From the NCBI RefSeq assembly GCF_001447785.1, contig NW_015166428.1, forward strand, positions 733,280 to 797,279: a stretch of 64,000 bases of DNA, given 5' to 3'. This DNA comes from Gekko japonicus (Eukaryota). Position numbers and translations under genes: made by a program. Each line of letters opens with the position of its first letter. Position 1 is the first letter of the stretch. Under the pieces are notes generated by a model. It did no database searches. It saw only the letters and a program-made list of their open reading frames with translations, and had not been told where the DNA came from. This document shows, piece by piece, positions 13,130 to 27,190 of this stretch.

Positions 13130-14376
13130 CTGTGGAAACAAGAGCATATTATTATTCCTGTTCCTTGTGACAAGAGGCAGATATTCTCACAGCACCACAC
13201 ACTCGTAGGTCAGCTATGTTCTGTATGTATTTCCACTCCTGTTATCTTGGGATGGGGGAGTTTTCTCACATCTCAAATAATGCCACCATTTATTAAGGAA
13301 TTATTGATCTGGACTTTGCATTTAACCTCCTGTATTTGTGGCAGTCTCGAATATGGATGAAATGTACAAATGGCTCAAATTCAGACACATTTATTTAATC
13401 ATGAGGGAAGTCGGCAGCATCTGAAAGATACAGCCGGGATCAACAAAAGCCTTTAAGAAACAATGAACTGATGCAGGGTTTGACACTGGTTTTAAGACAA
13501 ATCTTCATGGATCCTGCTCATGCCACTGATTGCAGAAAGCAGGGCTTGTGGGGCTCGAACCTCGTCCTTTGCGCTACCTCCGGGTGTCTGTGTTCCAGGC
13601 AAAGAAAGGCACAGAGAATAAGTTGATACAACACCGACTCCTGCAGTTGGCTGCTGTTTTACAGCTTCTGGGTTGGCTGGTTGTGAATACCAGGAGCCTG
13701 CTTTGCCTGGTCAACAGAACAGCCTCTGGCTCTGGCAGGAGCTTTCTGCTTCAGCCGGGATCTTGAGTTGGCAGCTGTCCTCCTGGATTTGGACTCAGCC
13801 AGCCCTGACCCTGAGTGGTAGCTAGCCAGTCAGTCTGACCTAAAATCTCTCCTGAATCCAAACACGGGGGATTCATGAAGCCTCTGAGTCAGAAGAGCAA
13901 CCCTGGTTCCTCTTCCTTGTCGAATTGCCCGACCTGCATTTCATCTCAGTGGCAACAACACAGCGGAAAGAGGCAACCTGAAACGGGGAGACAGGAAGAG
14001 TGCTGCACCACAGCTGCCCAATAATGACCTTGTGTTAATGACCACTAGGTTTCCACATGCCAATCCACATAGTGAGATCACCTGTTTGGCGGTGTGGAAA
14101 TACGTTTTGAGTCTGTGACCCTTCCCTGTCAAAGGGATCCCATCACCTGACTGCAGATTCTCAGCCGTCCCAGTTGCACGCCACTGACAAATGGGGATTG
14201 TTCCTGCAGCCTGTGTTTTCAGTTGCTAGCGTACATCTGTCTCACAGCACAGCAAATCCGCAGGATCAAAAAATAATGAGGATGCTAAGTGCCGATCTGA
14301 GCACAGAGCTTTGAACATGCTCAACGGTATTAATTATGACACCAGACTGTAATGCAAATGTCTGCTTCTTACTCAC

Positions 14377-14461
14377 CTGCACAGATGGCTACACCGACAT
14401 AAGCAACAGTTGTTAGCAGTATGGCCAACATGGTTCCTTTGGGTATAGCTCCTTGTGGGTC
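14377..14461 (-). CDS. SLC12A1: NKCC2 exon 10 (85 nt)
   Basis: ttccag|GAC..CAG|gtgagt; [28 protein letters not shown]. Confidence 0.95.
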
Positions 14462-16412
14462 CTGGAACATTATAAGAGCAAAAGCTACAGTGAAATCTCA
14501 CTTTGTTAACATGAAAAAGGACTGTCCATCCTCTGCGTTTTCACACTCACTCACAGATCTGGTGCGGAAGACTCTTCACAATTGTTTTCTTAACAAACTT
14601 TCTTGTCCTTATGGTAATGTGGTACGAAGTTTGAAAATGTCTAGACAGTCTGGTGCTTTTGTGTGTTGCTTCGCATGGGTTATTTTTTTTATAGGCGTTG
14701 TCTACTATGCCATATTAATTTCATAGAAATGATATAATCCATGCAGGCCATTAAAAATTCCACTAAAAAGTCAAAGATAAAGGGTGTGGTATGATTTACT
14801 AAACACTGCTGAAAAATTGGCACGGCTCTGACAAAATGTCAAAATGCAGGAGCATGGTGGTACAAAGATGACATTTAGAATTCCGTCAGGAGTTTTGCTC
14901 CCAAAGGCAGTTAATGTTACTAACCGTATGACTTTACTGCAAAGGTTATAAGCGCTGTATTTTTCTTTATGAGGCTTGCAGCATTTGGACTCATGTTAGC
15001 ATGTGACCATGTCTACATCTTTCATCATTTAATACAAAAACTTGGAAATGTCATCCTCTAGAGGCTCAAATGCAAGAATACCAATACAAAGAACCACATT
15101 TGGAACAAAATGTTCTAAGTTATGCCAGCAAGGGGGTTTCTTGGCTGCTTTTTTAAAGGCTATCCAAAAAGATTGGTGCATGACTCTCAATTTCTCCAGT
15201 TTTAGAAAAGCATTTAAAATCATCTCCACAATATCTGGGCTTGGTCTTACTCTTAAATTAATATTTAATTCTGGGAATTGTATGATCCTATGTTTGCACA
15301 GCAACCACCAGTCAGACAAGATACAAGATAGTTAGAAGACCACTGCTTCTTTTTAACCATTGTAATGGATTTTATTCTAGCAACGTATGTTTACACTTCT
15401 AATTAACTAATTCAGATATGTAGCAATGTATGCTTAACCTACCAATCGACTTGTTCAGACATGTAACTAATATATATGTTTACATAATTGCTGATATATA
15501 TACACATACTGATCTTGGATCACACAAGATACAGAGAGCCTGTTTGGGGCTCATTTTTTATTTCATCCCATATAGCCTTGTGTAAAGGAGTCTTCTCCTT
15601 TAGAACAAGGCAGAGCCACTGGTGCTGGCAATGACCATAGCAGCCTCTATGAAACAGGCACCTTAAACAGTAGCATATCGTGTAGCATAGGCCTTTAATG
15701 TGCTAAAATGACCAGTCCTCTAGAATGTATGAAAAAGGAAATATGTTTTCATGTATTTTCTTATTTTGTGTAATATTCTGCTTCTGTTAGTTGTGAGATA
15801 GGGCACTGAAGCACTTTTGAATCCAAGGAAGTTGTACTTAGATTTTTTTTCACACATGCCACTGATTCTGAATTACTGCCCATGCATATTCAAGCTTTTT
15901 TTTTTTTTGCTATCCAGAGGGCTAGGAACTTGCTTTGCTGGAAAAGAAAGCTCAGATCCCCAGGATGCTGAATTCTCTACACAGCACCACACTCTGAGCT
16001 TGCTTAGCACTTGTGCAGACACTTAGCATGCACCTGCCTCTAATCATGGCTTGTCTCAGCAATTCTTATTTCAGAACACTATTTTGGTTGCTTGTTCATC
16101 ACCATTGGCCTTGTTATGGCTGTCATAGAGTGAAAATTAAATGCATGCCAGTGTAACCAAAAGACTAAACATGAAGAATCAAGGGACAGGAAAGGACTTG
16201 CTAAGTATTGTCAGTCAGGCATTGCTAAATTGTTGCCTGTCTTGTACAACGGGCTACAGTGGAAAGTTTGAAAACCCCTGTAGCAATGTAGCATGTTCTC
16301 ACTCTTGTAGTGGTCTCCCAAGCCAAACACACAGCCGCCGGTTTAAGAACTGCTGTGCCCTCTAATAGTGTCAGTGTTGCAACTTGCCACATTCCCACCT
16401 TTGAAAAGTCTT

Positions 16413-16463
16413 TGTGTGTGCATGTGTGTGTGCATGTGTGCGTGCATGTGTGCGTGCGTGTGT
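16413..16463. repeat. (GTGTGTGCAT)-like purine-pyrimidine microsatellite
   Basis: Read directly. Confidence 0.85.
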
Positions 16464-17241
16464 TCATGACAAATTGGGGGCATGAACAAGACTTGCTTCC
16501 TGTCAGGACCCTACCAGAACTCAGTAAAGGGCAAAAGGAAAACTGCAGGATTGATTCCTCTGTCCAATTCAGCCCATTTTAGAGAAAAGAAGACTGTGCA
16601 TTCTCCCCCTCCAATTATAAATTTCACTTTCACCATACGTACAGCTTTTCATGAATTAGCAAAGCTGTGGTAATAGGGATTACGTAGCTCATTTCCAAGT
16701 GCAGTACCCTGATAATGGGTCCATTAATATTGTGCTACTAGAGTTATTGGTGGCCTTTTAAAATTTCATAGTCTGTTTCTATAAGATAAATTTTGTCCAG
16801 CCAGCTCTGTTCTATCAGATTATGCAAGTGGGGTATTAGCTAGGGGGCCTGTCCTCACATGATTGTGATAGAGCACTATGCAACTATCCAATCCACAGAT
16901 GATGGTCTGATAGTATAAGAGCTTGTGTAAGAATTTGCACCAGCAGCGCATGGGAGCTACTATAGAATGTAATGCACAGCGCGTGAACTTTTAAGTGTTT
17001 GCAGAACAGTTCTAGCTAGTATTTTCCTTCCAGTCATTGTTCTTTGGATCCAATGACTTGTTTCAAATATCATGTTTGTCATTATTTAGTGTATGTATCT
17101 GTTTCACTTATTAGGTGTTGCATAAATTATGATAATAAAACATTTATGCATTGTCATCTAAAAGAACATTAGAAACGCTTTCTATTCTGGCAATGTTAAG
17201 GTGTAATGATACATATTCATTCAGTCATTTGAAAGACACAC

Positions 17242-17369
17242 CTCCAAGTCTCCAGAGATATTGGCCCCAGCAAGAATACCAGTGGCTGCTGGGAAGAAAA
17301 TGGCAAATACAGAAAAAAAACCTTCTCCATCTCTGAATGCTGGTCCAAAGTTTTCAGCAAATATTGATG
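17242..17369 (-). CDS. SLC12A1: NKCC2 exon 9 (128 nt)
   Basis: ttgcag|CA..GAG|gtgtgt; [43 protein letters not shown]. Confidence 0.96.
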
Positions 17370-17807
17370 CTGCAAAAGAAAGGAGAACAGTCTTGTGAGT
17401 TTTTAGGGAACATATAAATCTCACAGAGTCACTTTGCCCCTCCCCACCTTGGAGAGCTCTCCTAGAGGAATATGACCCCAAATGCATAATGGAGCATCTA
17501 GAGCAGTTTGCCATAGACGTCTTCCTGACTGGATGGAGTCAGGCACTGGAATGAAAACCCGGCATGCAGTCAGCAGGTTCTATATGGCAATCTGCTCTAG
17601 ATGGTACTTGAGTGTTGCTAGCGTATACACAATATCCTGCAGTTGTAATGTAATGGTAGCCGGCTGGAAACATGGTATCATGAACCTGCCCAGTTTTGAT
17701 TTGTGTGGGATGCTGCTGGGCTCTCCCTGCTGTAAATTGCTCATATTTACTGCAGTATCTCTTATGTATAAGACAGGGGTGAGGAAAAAAATAAGCAGAA
17801 AACTTGC

Positions 17808-17919
17808 CTTGGTAATTGAAAAAGCCTCTGGCTTTCTTTTCACCGTTGCTTGGAATGACTGTCCCAATGAAGAAGTTCAGGATAGCAATAAGAAGGATAA
17901 TTAGAAGAACAACTTGGGC
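17808..17919 (-). CDS. SLC12A1: NKCC2 exon 8 (112 nt), GC donor
   Basis: tacag|GCC..CAAG|gcaagt; [37 protein letters not shown]; phase fits exon 9. Confidence 0.93.
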
Positions 17920-19210
17920 CTGTAAAGATGAAAAAAGCAGCAATTTAAGCTGTGGATTTGCTTTGAGTATTTGCTCTTTATTTATCCACAGGCCATTTTT
18001 AAACTAGTGTTTTTCAGAGTTTTGGGCCTAAATCCAGAGAATATTAGATACGTCAGTGAGATCAATGGGACTTCTTAGTAGTGGCTAAGGTCTCGTTGAT
18101 TTCAGCTGCATTTAGGCATGACTCATTTTCTTGCATTCAGGACGCTGGAGTTCTTCCACATACTCTTGTACTGAACGGCATTTAAACAGCTAGTAATGAC
18201 AGCCACTGAGCCAAATTTTTGTGAGTCCCTCTTTTTATGTCAACATTAGCATATTTGACCAGATAACAGTTCAAATTTGATCTGCTATTTTTTATCTAAG
18301 TCCTAGATATAAAGTATTGCTTACAGGAAACTATGCAGGATGTCCAAAAGGAATGCTTTTAAATATTTCAGGGAGGTACTATCCACTCCCCCAGTGGTGG
18401 CCCAAGAATCCACACTTCCTTTTTTCTCCTTGACTTTTTGTACTGAAATGTACATTCCTAAGTACAAATGTCAGGCATATCCCACCATATATGGGTTAAT
18501 TATTGTTCTCTGTGTGTGTATTTTCTACCATTTTCTTCCCCTTTATTGAACAGAGACCTGTTCCAATGTATTTGAAAGCAGAACCAGGCAAAAAATGAAT
18601 GCCCGCGTCTTTTATATTGAATGGGACACATGTACGTTGTGTACTCAGATATGTATATTGAATAAAAAGTAGATGGGAATGAGCTCGCAAATCCAAGAAA
18701 TGACCATTTTACCAGTGGTTCTCAGACTTTTTGAAGCAGGGCTCCCGTCTAAATTTACTCTGCTTGTCTTGACCTACTTGCAAAGGAACTTTACTTTACT
18801 TTTGTCTTCCACCAATGAAAAAATGCATGCTGCTCACATTTAACTCTGAAAAAGCTTAGTCATTTTCTAGTATTTCTAAATAGATAGTATTACTGATGCA
18901 ACAGGCTATATTTCAGAGGCAAACCCAAACTTGCCAGTAAGCCTCTCAGAGCCTTCCCTATAAGTTCGAACCTTACCTACCATTCCACTGTATTTGGGAA
19001 AGTGTGCATGTACAAGAAAGCTCATACCTTGAATAAAACTTTGTTGGTCTTAAAGGTGCCCACTGGACTCTCAATTTGTTCTGCCTTCCTGTTAGAGTCA
19101 CACTGATCCTCAGACTTACTCTATTGAGCAACATCGACTCCTAGTGGTTATGAAACAACCTCTTGTGTGTTCATTTTCTCTAAACACTTATTTTTAGTGC
19201 GGTGTTTTAC

Positions 19211-19321
19211 CTTTGCTTCCCATTCCATGCCAGCCACAGAGACGCCCAAAAGAACCACAACAGTTATGGCTCCTATTATCCTGATGGCATTGGATTCATC
19301 CACCATTATGGCATTACTGCT
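19211..19321 (-). CDS. SLC12A1: NKCC2 exon 7 (111 nt)
   Basis: ttccag|AGC..AAG|gtaaaa; [37 protein letters not shown]. Confidence 0.95.
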
Positions 19322-19716
19322 CTGGAAAAATATGGTGAGAAAGAAAGGGCTTAAGAATACCAGCGTTTGTGCAAGATAGCTCCGGCAGCTACATAAAACA
19401 GAAGGAAATGGCCAAAGAGGGATTCTTGACATTCCATGGGTAATGAGCCCTGAGTTTCACATGTTTTATGCTGGTTGGGCCTCAATCGCCAAGGTTATTG
19501 GCAGGCTAATTAGAACCTTAATTCCCTTTAGTGATTCTGAAATTCTTACAGCAATGTAAGAAGCATTCCCTCAGCCTGGCAGAAGGGAAGAGAAAGCTTA
19601 TAAATTAGAATTTATGTTACATTTAGAGACTTCTAATTCACTAATAAAGTTGATACTTATTGCATTTATTAAACGTGTGCTCAGTATGAATAAAAAGTTA
19701 TTAAAACAAGGTTTTA

Positions 19717-19923
<207 letters not shown>

Positions 19924-20747
19924 TTACCATACAAACAAAGTTGGCCCAAGGCATTTTGCTTCCCCCAGTAGATGCAGCTGGTACTCCAAGAAGATATGCA
20001 TTAGCTTCCGTTGCATAGTCACAGAAGCTGCTGGAATTGTATTGTGCATATTTGCATGGGACTGGAGTTTTGAGTCTTAGAATCTTTTATAATTCTGCTA
20101 ATGATCCTGCTTCATTGGTGCAGGTGCCCTGAAGAATACTCCTGCCCCAAGCTACTGAAATGTGAGCAGTTGAGCTGGCACTATGTATGAAAATCCCGTT
20201 AACCCAAATGATCTAGATTGCAGCTTGGTATACTCACTTATTCCATTAAATTTATTTAAGGCTTTTCAGAAGATGACATACGGGCGCAATCCTACTGTCT
20301 TGGAAGCAAGTCCCACTGAGCTGAGCGGAATATACTTTCCAACAAGGTTTGAGCCATGTGTATAATCTGCCCTGTCCTGAAGGCTTTCATAACCCTACTG
20401 AAACCACAGTTATCCCACAAAAAGCCAGCTGAACTGGTGATAGCATAATACATTGAAACCACAACTGTCTTGCAGTGCTTAAAAACTAATGCTAAATCTG
20501 AGCAATGTTATCCTGATAAGATCATAAACTCTGCTGGGTCAGACCAAAGCACCATCTAGTCTAGTCTCCAGTTTCTCACAATGGACAGCCAACCTCATAA
20601 CAAAAACTATTTGGTCCAATATGCCTTCCAGTAGTGTAATTTGACTCCTGTTTTCAGAAGATACGGAAGGGGAAAAAATTAGATCCTTCAAAGATGCTAA
20701 ATACCAAGAAAGCATCAACATACCTTCCTCTTCTTTCTAGGCTAAAC

Positions 20748-20998
20748 CAGGGGTCATTTCCTGCAGGAGCGCACAGGAGCGGAGCTCCGGCAGTAAAGAG
20801 CCCAGGGGGCAGGCACATGCAACAAGCTCCACCCCCCAATAGCTAGCAATCCAAAACAGTCCAGTCAAGCCTGAGTGGTGGGTGTTGCCTTCTGACACAC
20901 TTCCAGTGATGTCAGGGTGTGTGGCATATGCAAATAAGTTATGCTAATGAGTTATGCTAATGAGCTCCTGCACCTCTTTGTCTACTAAATGACCCCTG
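20748..20998. mobile_element. hAT MITE, family with CAGGGGTCATTT TIR (short form, 251 bp)
   Basis: TIR caggggtcattt / aaatgacccctg; perfect 8-bp TSD ggctaaac. Confidence 0.88.
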
Positions 20999-21168
20999 GG
21001 CTAAACTAATAATTTAATATTAGATTATCCTCTTTCCCGCTAACACAGATGCATGTTCCTCCATCCAAATTATTTCCCATGGCATGGATCGTGATAGTTG
21101 TGTTTTGGAAGAACACAGCTATTGTTTCTCGACAAAGATTTGTATTCTCTTATCGAAACAATACTCAC

Positions 21169-21264
21169 CTCCTCTTACCACTCCATTTGTACATATGGCA
21201 GACATGGAGATACCTGTTAAAGTTGTAACTACCACACTCAGGCAAATAACTACGACTCCAAGAC
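21169..21264 (-). CDS. SLC12A1: NKCC2 alternative cassette exon, F type (96 nt, TM2/ICL1)
   Basis: ttccag|GTCTTGGAG..GGAG|gtgagt; GLGVVVICLSVVVTTLTGISMSAICTNGVVRG matches the recalled F variant. Confidence 0.93.
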
Positions 21265-21834
21265 CTGGAAAAAATCCCAAAAAAGATGTTTGACCCAAAT
21301 ACCTTGGTCGGATCATTTTGTGCTAAAATCCTGCTAGTAAGAAGCCACCATCATGGATCGAGAAAGGTCTGACTGGATCTGTAAATACATGTGATGCACT
21401 AAGTTGTCAAGATAAAGAAAATACCAGTAAGGTACTGGACACCGGTCCTGAATCCCAGAATGACTTGCCCCACGTCTTCAGAAGACTCTGCAATCAAAGT
21501 ATTCTACAGATAAAAATTACGAGAGTCATGTTCATTAGCCCTTAAATGTTTAAGAACAGGCAGTCCGGACCATCCATGGAAACGCAACCTGCAATGTTCT
21601 GAATAAGAAGGGTATTTTTTTAATTAAAGAGGAAAAGAACACAAGAATCTCCAAGAAAAACTGATTCAAATCCTCCGTCAGTCCCAGATAGGGTTATCCG
21701 CACTTCGTGAACTGAGCTGAACTTTGTGATTCACAGGAAGGTTAAGGATCAAAATAGAGGTCATGACTACCGTTGACTGTATGGCTTACCTTTTAATTCC
21801 CTGCAGGTCTAATGTCCATTGTGTTATTACTTTA

Positions 21835-22104
<270 letters not shown>

Positions 22105-23013
22105 TTAAACTGGAATCCAGGCTCTGTCTTAACCAAAGCTTCATTATCGAAAAAACTACTATTAAATTAATTCCTCCCCTCTCCATTTTGTCTATGTGAG
22201 TTTTTGGAATGGGTGGGGTTAAACACCTTCCGGCTATTCAATAACTCTGTTGGAATAGATGGAGATGGGTAGCCGTGTTAGTCTGTCTGCAGCAGTAGAA
22301 AAGAGCAAGAGTCTGAAGAGTTTTCAGATCTGGAGAAGTGAGCAGTGACTCATGAAAGCTCATCCCCTGCCACAAATTTTGTTAGTTTTTAAGGTGCGCC
22401 TGGACTCTGGCTCTTTTGTACTGGAATAGAATACAGCAGATGCAAATGCATTTGGTCACACGGCCCCCTTGCCTGGCTCATTCCTTTCATCTCTGCTTTG
22501 CTTTTCCTCTCTCTCTGCTGTCTCCTCCACAGTCAAAATTCATGGGAGAAAGCTGGAGGAAGTTTCAGACTAGGCTAAACAGAGGACTTCTATGCATGCT
22601 TTGGATTATAAACTTTCTTTCATGTTACCCTGTATAGTGCCATGTTCATTGATGGCAATGCAGTAGGGTTAATAATGAGATAATATAATAGCATTGGTAG
22701 TAAATTTCTCCTGGGTGGACCTATCCCACATTCAAGAAAAACAGATTATGTTAGGAAGAAAGTAGAATCCTGTTTTGCCCAATATTATTTATTTATTTAT
22801 TTAGTTAGTTAGTTAAAATATTTGTTAGCAACCTTTCTTTTTTATGGAGCTCAAAGTGGCTTAGAGTATAAATAAAATACATGAAAGAGAGTACATAAAA
22901 ATACATAAAATCAACATTTTGAAACCACAGTTTTGGACTCCTTTAATCAGAGACAGTAGTAAATAAAACTGTCTTCAGCTGGCCCCTAAAGATGGAAAGT
23001 GAGGGGGTCAGGC

Positions 23014-23184
23014 CAGGCCCATAGCTAACGTGGGGTCCACGGGGCCTGGCCCCCTAGAGTTTCTTTTGAGGGCCCTCACTCCCAGGTTGGCCCCAAATTG
23101 AATTAATGTAATTAAATGTGATTTAATGAGCTGCACCTCCCCAAGGCCTCCTCCTGAAAAAAAAAATCCCAAGCTACAGGGCTG
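23014..23184. mobile_element. Small hAT MITE inside a minus-strand L2 fragment (about 22790-23310)
   Basis: Imperfect TIR caggccccatagct / agctacagggctg; TSD ggtcagg(c/t); the flank encodes an L2-like APRLWNSLP motif. Confidence 0.65.
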
Positions 23185-24359
23185 GGTCAGGTGCACCTCC
23201 CTGGGGAGGCTGTTCCATAATCGTGGGGCTGTCGCCAATAAGGCCCTGTCTCGTGTACCCACCAGACAAACTTCTTTGATTGCTGGGACAGCCAGGAGGG
23301 TCCCTCCCTGTGGTGTTACTCTCCTTTTTACTCTCCTTTGCCTTCTGCCTTTGCTTGGTGGGGGAGTGAGATCATACCTTCCCTCCCCACAGCCCTTGGG
23401 CACCTTTGTCCTACCTCCAAAAGAACTGGACATCCACATGTGAGTGTAATGGTGGAACAGAATGTGCAAGCATAAGATCAGGTGTAACCCCCCACACACA
23501 CACACACACAGGAACTGGCCGTGCATATTGGATTTAAAACATTTAACCCGTAGGTGGCCATCTGGGTAGATGCAGAAAGGCAAGATCTTGCCCCCCCCAC
23601 ACACACATATCATAAGCGGGGAGAAAGACAGGAAAGAGTATCTATGCTTCAGTGACTGCAGAGTGATAATTGTACACTTAAATGTAAAAACTAAGGCCAT
23701 TTTAACTGCTCTTCTAACAAAGTAATGCCAAGATCTGATTAAAGTTTAGATTAAAGCCCCAGATGTAAGGACGTTAACTAACATTAAAATGAATTACTCT
23801 TGCCCGTGGCTATTTTCACACCCTGGAACAAAGTAATGCTTCCTGATGATGGCAATAAGTTACTAAACTGCCCTTAAAAAAAAGGAACTAATTTTGCATG
23901 AAACCCCAAAGCAAAGTCTTGGCAATATTAAGATGCAGAGTTTTCATGGCAAGGCATATACTTATATGTGCTTCCAGCTGCAGGGCCTCATTTGGTATGC
24001 ATCATAAAACCCATGAGCACCCTTTTGTCAGGCACGGTGCCAAATGCAAACATGTAATGCTGCATAGATGGGCAAAAAAACCCCAACCTTTATGTTAGCA
24101 AGTTTTTTGCCTATTAACTCTTGTCAAAAGCAAAAAAATATATATCTTTTTTGAGTTTTAACATTCAAATACATAGAATCCCCCCCCATTCAGAAACATA
24201 CCTAATTCGAACAAAATGCACCTGAATGGATGCTAGAGAGTTGAACAGGGAATTTAGGAAATATAGGATATGGTTTATGCGTGTGTGTAGATTCTCATTC
24301 AGTCTCCACAAAATAGGAAGCTTGGATCTTAAGAGGACGTCCACAAGCATTTTCAGGAG

Positions 24360-24639
24360 AGAAGGAGGAGGAGATTAGATCTATACCCCACCCTTCACTA
24401 CCTGAAGGAGTCTCAGAGCGGTTTACAAATCTTCTTTCCCTTCCCCTCTGCACAACAGACACCCTGTGAGGTAGGTGAGGCTGAGAGAGCTCTCTCAAGG
24501 ACTGTTCATGAAAGAGCAGCTCTGAGAGAACTTGTAACTGACCCAAGGTCACACCAGCAGCTGCATTTGGAGGAGCAGGGAATCAAACCCAGTTCACGCA
24601 GATTAGAGTCCGCACTCCTAACCACTACACCAAACTGGT
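24360..24639 (-). mobile_element. Squam3-like SINE
   Basis: Same family as 7627-7909. Confidence 0.85.
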
Positions 24640-25588
24640 TCTTAGTATAGTAATGGTTGTGTTCTTAGTATAGTAATGGTTATAGCGGGAAACACTGCTT
24701 GCTGGGAGATGTAGGGAGCAAGCCTAAGCAAGATCTACTCAGAAGTAAGCTCCATTGTATTTACTGGGGCTTACTCCCAGGATAGTGTTCTGAGGTCTGC
24801 AGCCTCAGACTGATAGGACAGGAAACAGGAGTGAGGAGATTAAGCCTGGTCTTAGTCTCACTTAGCAAGTGATGCAGCAGTTTCAGTTTAAGCTATAGAA
24901 GAAACCTAGTTTGGAACTTAAATTGCATTCCTTGGCTTGACAGAACAACAGGTTGTAAGGTGTGTGTGCAAAGGTCCTGTGGTTGAACCTCTGGCATACC
25001 CAGACCCTATAGAGAAAACAGTGAGCTTTATGTTGGTCTGTAATCCAGATGGGGAGAAAAAGGTACAAAACCTTGTTCTTTGTTGCACCTCCTTTTGGCA
25101 AGCATATAAATCTTCCCCGCTTTTCAGGTTGTCTTCTATGGCACTGAAACACGAGCGCAGGGAACTCCAGTATGAACCTGATCCCCGTGTACACCGTGAA
25201 GGCACTTAATGCAGAGACAAGCTGAAGGAGATCTGAGGTGCCTGTACAAGAGACTGCTTGAGAATCCTACACACAACACCTTGAATTCTATGGTGAGCTA
25301 TTACAAATATTCCTTAAAGTTAGGTTCCTTTGCTGCATTCATTAGCCATAATCTTTTTTTTAAATAACATTTAATTAATAAATGCAAAAAGAAAAATAGC
25401 AGTTAACAAAACAGGTAAGTTGGAGTATACAGGAAAAGAGTGCTAGAGTCATTAGCCATAATCTTGATGCGTGCAGAACTCACTGCTCCTGGGAAATTCT
25501 TTTGGAGCAAAACATGCATAACCCCTCCCAGGCACTGCCTTTCACCATAAACTGCAGTCTAGCATACAACACTTTGGAAACTGACCAT

Positions 25589-26242
25589 GGCCATTTCCAC
25601 CTTACTGTTCTACACCAGGTGTTATTTGTTGTTGTCCCGATTTCAAGTAAAGTGATACGGGAATGAGGGTTTCATACAGCAAATTTCCATCAATTAATTA
25701 GCTGTCTCTGAAGCACTATGGTCATTTCAACCAGTGCTGCTTTATTCCATGCCCTTTTTGGCTGCACGATCTTCCTTGGACTTTTTTTTGGAATGTTTTA
25801 AGTTGAGTGCTACAACGCTAAACCGCTATAGCACTTCAGTGCTATAGCGGCACCACTGAGATGCCACTATAGCACTGGGTTGCTGTATCTGTTTAGGGCT
25901 ATAGCGCTCAACATAGAATGTTTTTTTGAAAAGGTCAGAGGAAGATCATGTGGCAAAATGGACAGGGGAAAAGCGGCATTGTAGGAAGTGCTATGGACAT
26001 TTTAAGCAGCACACCACAGCGATTCAGAATTGCAGCGAAGGGTCTGAAAAGGGGGGAAAGTAGTTTCCCTCAAAAGTGGCTCAACCACACTTTGCTAACC
26101 TGACACAAGCGGATTTGTGTGAACGGGTAAATAAATTCTGCTAGCAGCTGGTTACTAAATCGAGTCTGTCTGAAATGGCAGGAAAAAACCCATTAGCAAC
26201 CAGTTACTAAAACGGAATACAAAGGCAGTTTGAAAAGGTTCC
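25589..26242. mobile_element. Harbinger-like non-autonomous element with a central imperfect palindrome
   Basis: ggccatttcc.. / ..gaaaaggttcc termini; gctatagc-rich inverted repeat at about 25770-25950. Confidence 0.5.
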
Positions 26243-27190
26243 TATATCTTCCCTTTTTCTGTAAGAGACAATGTATGTATGCGTCATTGCCCTATGGTTG
26301 GTTCGTATCAGTTATGGATTTGAGTTACTTAATCAGACAGTCAATTCATTTTAGTCTTGACGGTATATTATAGTAATGGTTAAACCATTAATTACCTAGA
26401 GGAAAGCACCTTGAGTGAGCCTAGAATTGGTTGATATTTAGACCATACTATTGGCACTTGGCCCTGCCTTTCTCCCCAAATGGGACCCAAAGCAGCTTAC
26501 ATCGCTCTCCTCTTCTCTATTTTATCCTTACAGCAACCCCGTGGAGTAGGTTAGGCAGAGTTTGTGTGACTACCCCAAGGTCACCCAGCAAAGCATCCAA
26601 GGCAGAGTGAGGATTTGACCCTGGGTCTGACTCTCTAACCACCACACCACACTGGCTTTTAAGATGTCCCAGGATTTCAAATGCAAGACCAAGCAAGTGA
26701 AGTCCATCTGAGTCATTTTAAGGGGTAGTGCATATCAATTAGCTTAGGGAGTACGGTTTAAAATGTATTCTCGATGACTGGAAATGACAGGGTTTTGTTT
26801 TGTAAACATGACAAGGATGCACCATGCAAGGTTTCTTTCTCTGAACATAAAGAGCAGCTCTCCGTGACCAGAGAAAGGAAGATGGATTTGCACCAGCCCC
26901 TCATGCTATTTTCTTGGATACAGTGTGCAGAAAAGCACTGGTTCAGGTCTGTCCTAAACCACAGGAAATATCACACGTGCTTATTGTGGCTACGGAATCT
27001 GAGATTTCTGTTCAATCCATTAAAAACAAATGAACAGTATAATAGTTATGTACTTTGGCTCCCAAGCTTTCCTTTTAATGGCATCTTACTTCTTTCTTTC
27101 CATGTCAAAACTGATCACATAAAAAAGCATTATATTGCTTTGTATTGTAACTTGGAAGAGAAGAAGAGACATAATAATCCAGTTCTTAGG

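Noticed and set aside
13670-14055. Similar peptides LVVNTRSLL (+) and LVVINTRSLL (-) in two small ORFs
   Set aside because: Short, on opposite strands, little DNA similarity; treated as coincidence.
23008-23700. 230-aa minus-strand ORF between exon 4 and cassette A
   Set aside because: Composite of an L2 fragment, a MITE and low-complexity sequence; no NKCC similarity.
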